Source: Eledone cirrhosa
Taxonomy: Eukaryota
NCBI GenBank assembly: GCA_964016885.1
Contig: OZ024742.1
Location: 287,308,001-287,372,000, forward strand
Direction of reading: 5' to 3'
DNA: 64,000 nt
The position numbers and the translations under genes were made by a program. Under the pieces are notes generated by a model that worked only from the letters and a program-made list of their open reading frames with translations, had not been told where the DNA came from and ran no database searches. Shown piece by piece: positions 56,323-64,000 of the stretch (positions are counted from its first letter, which is position 1; each line of letters begins with the position of its first letter).

Positions 56323-59076
56323 ATGATGGAGAAATTCTCGGTGAACTCTTCACTTAAGGACATCCCTTTGCCCGACATAACAGAATTCACAAGGTTGGCC
56401 ATAGGTAAATCGGATTCATTTGTCCGTAGAATGCGTTGGAAGGCCTTCCACTTCGACAGAGGAACACCAACAAACCACCCCAGGGAGGGAACGCGCGGTA
56501 TCGAGGAAATATTCAAATCCAGAAGGAATCCACCACACAATAAATACTTGGAGGAATTCGAGACTGAAATGTCTAAGATAGTGTCCAACCTTAAGTTTAG
56601 GAAAAACCCACTCAGGATAAAAAGTTACCTGAGACGACTGAATGGTGATCAAGTAAAATTGAAGAACTCGACCGGCATTTTAGTGCACGCAGACAAGACT
56701 AATAACCTGTACGATATGGATAGAGTAACTTATGATGATTTGATAACCAGAGAACTTAGGAAAAGCTACAGAAAAACTACACGGGCCAACCTGGACTTAA
56801 TTAACACGGAGACCAATAGCGTCATGATTAAACTGGGTATTGAGGATAAAACCGAACCCTTCCATCCTAGAACCCCGAGGATTTTGCTAAAGGACCACAA
56901 ATTGAACTTTGAATCATTAAGACGTGTCAGGCTGATAGCCTCTTCGAAGTCGGACATAGGAATCGTAAGTAAAAACATCCTTGATAAAATAATCCTCACT
57001 CTAGTTAGGAGATCGAAGCTCAAGTTGTGGTCAGGAACTAGTGGGGTTATTAACTGGTTTGAGAAATCGCAGAATAAGAATAGCACTAAGTTTATACAGT
57101 TCGATATCTCTAATTACTACTCTTCAATCTCTCCAACTCTTCTAAGTAGGGCTCTTAACTTTGCTAGCTTACACACCGACCTTACATCCGAGGAAATTAG
57201 CATTATTCTCCTAGCTAGAAAAACCTTAATTGAATTCAACGGTGACCTGTGGACTAGGAGGGATTGGCCAGACAATTTCGACATCACCATGGGATCCACG
57301 GATTCGGCCCAGGTGACGGATCTGGTGGGCCTTTACTTCCTTGACTGTCTCGGAGCGGAAATGCCCCACCTAGGAGGCGGCGCTTACCATGACGACGTCT
57401 TGTTTACTGTGTCGTTCCATAATAATAGTATGGTAGAGAGGGTGAGGAAAAAACTTAGCAAATTCTTCAAGAGCATAGACCTAAGTATAGTATTTGAAGA
57501 GAATTTAAAAATAGTTAATTTTCTAGATGTTACACTTAACCTCAATTCAGGACTCTTCCAACCTTACCACAAACCCAACGAGAATCTAAACTATGTCAAC
57601 GCAAAATCGAACCACCCTAGAATAGTCACTAACGGTATTACCAAAAGCGTCTCTAGTAGAATTTCAGGACTATCTTCCAATGAAGATACCTTTAATAAGA
57701 TCTCGAATTACTATAATAGCGCCCTGGAACGCGCAGGGCATAGCGAGGGAATCTCATTCAAACGTCCATTAAATAGTAGAAGTAACATTGTTCGCGATAG
57801 CTTAGGCCTAAATAGTGACACTCTAGTTAACAGCAGGCGGGATACGAGGGAGGATTCAGATAGTCTTCATGTTGTACTGCCGCCTAGTCCCAGTGCTGTT
57901 GGTACTAATAGAAACAGCCACCCAGGTACTAACACTGGGTCTGAGCAACGTAACGCCAGCGTAAACTCTAATGGTAACCTTAATTGTGGAACCGATAAAA
58001 ACACCGTTGAACGCAGTATGGAACGAGGGTCGAGTAGGGGGAATATGGACAGGTGTAGCAGACGCATAGCGAATACAACCCCAGCTATCGAGGGTAACCC
58101 CAATAGCCGCACGGGGGGTACACCGCCCTGGAGACTTGGGACGATTCCGAACACAATCGTGACACCCCAGGACACCATCGACCCACAGGTAATTTCCAGT
58201 TACAATAGACCAGTAACTACTAGGGAGACAGGTAATTCTAATATAGTTAGTAGGAACAAGAGGCATCGGACCAGAACAGTTCTGTGGTATAATCCCCCTT
58301 ACTCCACTGGCCTGGCAACTAGTATAGCTAAGCTTTTCTTTAGGGCCTTAGACAAATGCTTCCCTAGATCGCACAGATATTATAAAATATTCAATAGAAA
58401 TACCATCAAGCTGTCCTACTCCACAACTAGTAACATAGCTCAGAATATAGCTAAGATGAATTATAGTTGACTTAGGACAGGCAATGAGGGAATTAGGCAT
58501 GGCAGGAACAATGGCAGCTCTATCGAGGAACGGACTCATACACGTGAGGCGAGTCGGGTCTCCCCAACCCCAGGGAATTTACCCATAGAACAGACTGGAA
58601 CTGAGACCCGACCCCAAAGGTACCGTGGTCCATCCAGAACCACCCAGATCGATAGCAAAACATGTAACTGTAGAAGCACCACCACCTGCCCCATGGCTGG
58701 GAAATGCCTTACCAAAAACATAGTCTATGACTGTAAGGTCTCCACTCCTGATAGAACCTTTAGGTATGTTGGGGCAACTGCCACGGAATTTAAGGATAGA
58801 TGGTATAATCACTGCCATACCTTTAATAGATTAGATAATAAAAATAGCACGGCACTTTTGGAAGCTTAAACATCAGAATATAGAGCACTCCTTATCCTGG
58901 TCCATAATTTGTCAGCCCAACCTTATAACGGCAGCACTGGCGTCTGCAATTTATGTATAGCGGAAACTTTTAATATTATTAGAGGCGGCCCCCTATTAAT
59001 TAATAGAAGAGCAGATTTTTTCAGCAACTGTCAACATAGAACCTCGAAAACCTTCCGCAGGATTTTTGGAAGGTAA
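56323..59076 (+). mobile_element. Near full-length PLE ORF (RT + C-terminal GIY-YIG; probably Hydra clade), disabled
   Basis: RRMRWKAF, ADKT, LKDHK, FDISNYY, TMGSTDSAQ, YHDD, FLDV; in-frame TGA at 58468 then CNCRSTTTCPMAGKC, IVY..YVG..RWYNH; lesion near 58860; CNLCIAE..CQH. Confidence 0.9.
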
Positions 59077-60421
59077 CCTACCAATAACTCCTCCCTCTCT
59101 ACTTTAACCATAGTGTTCTCTCAATAAACGGACAGTCACACACCTAGGTAGTTAGACGGCTGAGATTGTTTGCGCACTTGCAAACGATACTCGGCCTGTT
59201 TCCACGGAGTCCTCACAGCTGAGCGCTCTCTTTTAGAATACCTAGCTAGTAAATAGTTAGATTGATTACACACTTAGTTAGGACCGATTACGCTCTCTAT
59301 ACATAGCTCTATACACAGTACCCGCTTCCTTTAGACATTGAGCTCCCACATTTACGACTGTCACGTTCCTACCGACTGAACACTACACCAGGTTTTGATG
59401 CGTGATCATCTAACCATGGAGGACTCACTGTTACGGATTGAACAATGATACTGACACACCATTAATGGGCTTACACACATCCTTTGGATTTTACTGTCCT
59501 GTGTTTTCTTACTTCACCTTCTGTGTTGGATAACACACCTCCACCACTCAAACAACTATCTTAAAAGCTCATTGGCCCATGTGACGGGAAATCGCACTTG
59601 CGGGCGCATTTATCCAATACCCAACCCTACACGGAGCCATTTGCCGGCCCACATTGCAGTTGCTTGCACGCACGGATTTGGTGACTCGGATTTTCAACTG
59701 GACAACGGTACACAAGGAGTTCGACATGAGCGGATTGCTTGCTCTTCACATGAATGTGTATATACCCGGACATACCCCCCCCCCCTATTTTTGGACGATT
59801 CCGATGTGTATATACCATATACCATAACACACACTTGAAGATATAGATGTTACAATTGGATCTTTACACGTATAGCAGAACACTGAACTGAACTTACTTG
59901 CGCGCACGCGTTTGTGTGTATGTGTGGAGCGTTGGTTAATCCAATATTTCCAATTTACATCGTCAAATTGAGATTTGACCGACATAGCTTCTGTTGCTTT
60001 GCGAACTAACTTTTGGTGAGTGCTGTGTTGGTACATTCTTATATTTGTTTTTTCTCGGACATCGCTTCGGTGTGTGTGAAAGTGTGTGTGTACCCACCCA
60101 CGCCAATTCTACGGGTTTAATACTGTGTTGATGTGTGTATATATATGTATATATTTTTCTTTGACCTCGAGCCAATGTATGTAGGTGTGGAGTGTGTGTG
60201 TACACACTCACTTTTAACTGTGACTGACTGTATCCCTACAGATTTGATTGATGTCCAGCGTCTTTTGCAGCGATAGAAATCTGAAAAGTTTTATGACCTC
60301 AACTGAAGTTAATAGCAGTCGCTGTGTTTCTGACTGGTGTGTCTCCATATGAGGGAATGAATTCTGTGAAAGAACATCGTTTTTTTCTCCCTCATATCAA
60401 AAATTTGAAGACAATTCATTT

Positions 60422-60494
60422 TCACCTGATGGGTCAGTGATAATCGATCATGGCTTCACAATCGATCTATCTCTTATTGAAACATGTGTCGTGA
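60422..60494 (+). ncRNA. Hammerhead variant (CTGATGG core) ending the PLE 3' region
   Basis: TCAC CTGATGG ..CAGTGA..TTATTG AAAC ATGT GTC^ GTGA, then short tail and (TA)n. Confidence 0.6.
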
Positions 60495-60535
60495 TTAAAT
60501 TATTGGAATTTTACCTTGCCTTCGGATTTTCATTT

Positions 60536-60639
<104 letters not shown>

Positions 60640-60770
60640 TCAGGTTTGTGGTTCACCACTGTATAGAGCTGGTCTATTCCGTATGGTCAATCGTAATGTA
60701 ATAATATAGAGAGTACTCGGGTCCTCGATTTTCAGCCCCATGGATTTATCTATTACATTCACGTATTATA

Positions 60771-60823
60771 TTTCGAATACCTGATGATATCACCGGATTC
60801 ATACGAAACCCGGTCATTGAAAT
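60771..60823 (+). ncRNA. Minimal hammerhead motif
   Basis: CTGATGA TAT..ATAc GAAA CCCG GTC^ ATTGAAA; helix I imperfect. Confidence 0.55.
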
Positions 60824-60880
60824 GATCATAGTATAATAAACCTTTCAAGGATTTACACAAATCCAGCCTCCTGTCATTTC

Positions 60881-60925
<45 letters not shown>

Positions 60926-60928
60926 TGA

Positions 60929-60977
60929 GATTCTACAGGACTAGAACTGTTTCATTCATTAGAAATCATCAGGAATC
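60929..60977 (-). ncRNA. Type I hammerhead (family B)
   Basis: Reverse complement of 61847-61895. Confidence 0.75.
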
Positions 60978-61846
60978 TGGGTATCAAAAAATAAATATGG
61001 TATTTATAGGTCTCTACAAGTGGTAGGAGAGGGTGGGGAGTGGGATGGGTGCAGGTCATTGGTTGATAGAGAAGGGAATTCATTAAAAGCTAATTCTACA
61101 TAGCTATAGTTAATTTATATTTATTTATGTTTTTAGAGTAACAAAGGCAGACAGAATTCTATAAACAGGTTCCGGATGGCATACCATTCCTTGTCAATAC
61201 GTTTCTCTTAAGCTAGCAGATGTCTTTTTTTTATATACATATTTGTGTGTGTGTTTTTATGTGTGTATATGTGTTTATGTGTGTGTTTATGGTTGCGCGT
61301 AAGTGTGTGAGTGAGTATGTGTGTTTTTTTGTTTTTTTAGGTGGGGTTTTTGTTTTTCTGTTTTTTTGTTTTTTGGGGTTTTTTTGTTTTTTTGTGAATG
61401 TGTCTGTTGATTTGGCATATTGTTGATTAGTTTAAGAGAAGTTCGAAGATAATAGTAAGATATGCACTCAGTATTTTGAATCTGTCTGCAGAATTCCCTA
61501 GACCTTTGTCACTTAGCAGAACTTAATGACTTTAGCTTTTAAAGAATCTCCCTTTTCTTTAATTCTATCGAGCATGAATGACCCCCCACTGATTTTATAG
61601 ACATCTGCTAGCTTAAGAGAAACGTATTGACAAGGAATGGTATGCCATCCGGAACCTGTTTATAGAATTCTGTCTGCCTTTGTTACTCTAAAAACATAAA
61701 TAAATATAAATTAACTATAGCTATGTAGAATTAGCTTTTAATGAATTCCCTTCTCTATCAACCAATGACCTGCACCCATCCCACTCCCCACCCTCTCCTA
61801 CCACTTGTAGAGACCTATAAATACCATATTTATTTTTTGATACCCA

Positions 61847-61895
61847 GATTCCTGATGATTTCTAATGAATGAAACAGTTCTAGTCCTGTAGAATC
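61847..61895 (+). ncRNA. Type I hammerhead (family B)
   Basis: GATTC CTGATGA tTTC-taat-GAAt GAA ACAG-ttctagtc-CTGT A^ GAATC. Confidence 0.75.
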
Positions 61896-61978
61896 TCATC
61901 TATATTAAAACTGTTATACTCTGCTATGTATTGAGTACCTTACTTACTGTGGTTACCTCCGATTCAACCCGGAATAAC

Positions 61979-62016
<38 letters not shown>

Positions 62017-62176
62017 GAGGAGGTTATAGTTCACTTGAAGCATTGTGTAATGAGGTATAAACGTTAGAATATGTGTAATAAGGCCAAGACAATGCAGACA
62101 TGGACATAGAAAAAAGAATGCAATAGTGAGAGATATTGATGTGAATTCGTCTTTCACCTTGAATTTATTTAAATGT

Positions 62177-62211
62177 CCTTAATTTTCGAGATAATATCTC
62201 TTCTTCGGAGG
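62177..62211 (-). ncRNA. Minimal hammerhead, CCGAAGA core, in 3' pLTR
   Basis: rc CCT CCGAAGA aGAGAT-att-ATCTC GAAA A TTA^ AGG. Confidence 0.6.
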
Positions 62212-62614
62212 GAAGTAAAGGTCTCAGACCAGCGTCTTTAAATTTCTAATGAAGCCATGCTGACCGGAAATAGTATAGAGTATCTGTTCTAACTTTAATA
62301 TCAAAGAATTAAAATTAGGTGGGTAAAGAGTAGTCTCCCTTTAAGAGGGGTTTGTTTATGTTTTGTTTTTGTTTTTGTTGTGTTTTTTAAAATTTTATAT
62401 GCGTGCCTGTATATGTGTGTGGGAGAAAGCATGAAGGTGTAGGTATGTGGGTGTGTGTGTGTGTGAGTGTGGGAAGATAGGTCTAATCGTAAAAGTGGGG
62501 GGTAGGTGTTATCTCGTGTTAGAACTGGTTTTGTGTGTGTATGTGTGAGAGAGAATAAGAGGAGGTGTAAGCGTGCGTGTGTGTGGGGTGTGTAAAGTGG
62601 GGCTAGAGGCCCTA

Positions 62615-63880
62615 TCAGGTTATAAATTGGGTGTTGAGCTCTAGTCTATTATTGATTGGTGGATGTGTTCTATCTATAATGAGTGCTTCCTTGATTCTAA
62701 GATTGCCGAGGTTTCTTTCCTTAGTTTCTATCCTAACTGTTATGTTTTTATCAGTGTTTTTGCATTTAACTAGGTGTTTCTTAAATGAGGAAGCGTTAGT
62801 ATTGAGGTGTTCTTTTATTCTTATGTGGAGTGGTCTGGTGGTGCTACCTACGTAGAAGTTGTTGCATTTGTCACACTCTAGTCTGTAAACTACGTAAGCC
62901 TGGTGGCATAGGTCTGTGTCGTTGATGGGGCAGTTGGCTAGTCTGCAGCAGTTGTCATGTCTGGTGGAGTGTCTCTTAGCTAGCCGTCCGCGCAAAGAAG
63001 AACCCGAATGGGCCAGTTGAATATCCAGACCTTCTCGTCTGATGGCTCTGCGGATGGCTGTTGTTGTTTCTTCACTGAAGTGTGGGAGCTTCAGGAAGCA
63101 AGTGTTAGTGCCTCGGGTGTGGTGTCCTCTGTTCTTTCTGGCACGGTTTGTGGTGGATGTCGTGTATCCGTTCAGTTTGAGTACTTCCAGGAAATGTGTG
63201 GTGTGTGTGTCTCGGTCTCTGGCGTCGGTGCATTTGTTCTTGATACGTGCCAGTTCGTTCTTTATGTATCCGAACTTGGCACCGAGTGGGAGGGCCGATC
63301 TGAAATGTACGAACAGGTCCCTGCTGGCGGATTTTTTATAGAAGCAGGTGTGGATGTTGCCTTCCTCTGTTACCCTGAGTTGGAAGTCCAGCAGGGATAG
63401 GGATCCGCGGTCATCGGGGTGTTCTATGCTGAACTTTATACTGGCGTCCATGCTGGAGAATGTTGTGTATATTTTCTCTGCCTCCTCACGGGATGATGTA
63501 AGGATGAGTATGTCATCTACATATCGGGTGAAGAAGGCATGGGAATGGCAGGTGTTGAGGGCTCGGCATTCTAGCTGGTTCATGTAAGTGATGGCCAGCA
63601 GGCCAGAGAGGCTGGATCCCATGGGTAATCCTGTTGTCTGTCTGTATGTGTGGTGGTGGAAGGTGAAGTACGTGTTGTCTACTGTGAAGGACAAAAGTTG
63701 GTGTATGTCCGTCGGGTGGAGGCCGTAGCAGTGGATGTTCTCTGCGACCACGCAGTCCGTCAATAAATCGACAGCTGGGTGAGCGGGGACTGTAGTGTAG
63801 AGGGAGACAACGTCGAGGCTAAAAGCGTATTTATTAAGTTTAAGTTGTTCTGGCTGGAGTTGGTGTAATCTACGTATAAC
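62615..63880 (-). CDS. PLE reverse transcriptase + GIY-YIG endonuclease (5'-truncated, otherwise open)
   Basis: FSLDVVSLYT, GLPMGSSLS, RYVDD, LSLLD, VVYRLECDKC..YVGSTTRPLHIRIKEH, LRIKEALII..PPIN. Confidence 0.9.
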   Translation of the reverse strand, partial: VIRRLHQLQPEQLKLNKYAFSLDVVSLYTTVPAHPAVDLLTDCVVAENIHCYGLHPTDIHQLLSFTVDNTYFTFHHHTYRQTTGLPMGSSLSGLLAITYMNQLECRALNTCHSHAFFTRYVDDILILTSSREEAEKIYTTFSSMDASIKFSIEHPDDRGSLSLLDFQLRVTEEGNIHTCFYKKSASRDLFVHFRSALPLGAKFGYIKNELARIKNKCTDARDRDTHTTHFLEVLKLNGYTTSTTNRARKNRGHHTRGTNTCFLKLPHFSEETTTAIRRAIRREGLDIQLAHSGSSLRGRLAKRHSTRHDNCCRLANCPINDTDLCHQAYVVYRLECDKCNNFYVGSTTRPLHIRIKEHLNTNASSFKKHLVKCKNTDKNITVRIETKERNLGNLRIKEALIIDRTHPPINNRLELNTQFIT

Positions 63881-63928
63881 TTCGGCTTCATTAGAAGTTT
63901 AAAGACGCTGGTCTGAGACCTTTACTTC

Positions 63929-63963
63929 CCTCCGAAGAAGAGATATTATCTCGAAAATTAAGG
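63929..63963 (+). ncRNA. Minimal hammerhead, CCGAAGA core, in inverted pLTR
   Basis: Identical inverted copy of 62177-62211. Confidence 0.6.
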
Positions 63964-64000
63964 ACATTTAAATAAATTCAAGGTGAAAGACGAATTCACA

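Larger units (their letters stand above)
60919..61905. repeat. ~307-bp essentially perfect inverted repeat (family B pLTR) around 373-bp spacer
   Basis: Arms 60919-61225 and 61599-61905. Confidence 0.92.
62140..64000 (-). mobile_element. 5'-truncated PLE with 3' pLTR (62140-62257) and inverted pLTR at 5' end (63883-64000)
   Basis: RT-EN ORF between two inverted ~118-bp copies; canonical Penelope architecture. Confidence 0.9.

Noticed and set aside
58468-58470. In-frame TGA in PLE ORF as selenocysteine or readthrough (known in some Naiad PLEs)
   Set aside because: Not at an evident Cys motif, the element has a C-terminal EN and further lesions near 58860; a CGA>TGA mutation is simpler.

Overview
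Repeat-saturated animal genomic DNA with one 200-nt N gap and no confidently recognisable host gene. The SINEs and microsatellite load look octopus/cephalopod-like, which is inference only. Coding content is all retroelements: one intact RTE-clade LINE (APE + RT + three C-terminal C2H2-type fingers), six Penelope-like element (PLE) copies or fragments of at least three types, three R4/Dong-type REL LINE remnants, and Gypsy, CRE, Tx1-like and RTE fragments. There are also tRNA-derived SINEs, TA-flanked MITEs (one seeding a satellite) and a non-autonomous Helitron. The main hidden signal is more than 20 complete, variant or half type I hammerhead ribozyme (HHR) motifs from about a dozen unrelated families, read by eye. 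They sit in ORF-less 460-620 bp terminally redundant units (retrozyme/pLTR-like) and in fold-back structures inserted in (TA)n. Several inversion or truncation junctions fall at the predicted HHR cleavage site or in helix II. Coordinates were counted manually and may be off by a few bases.
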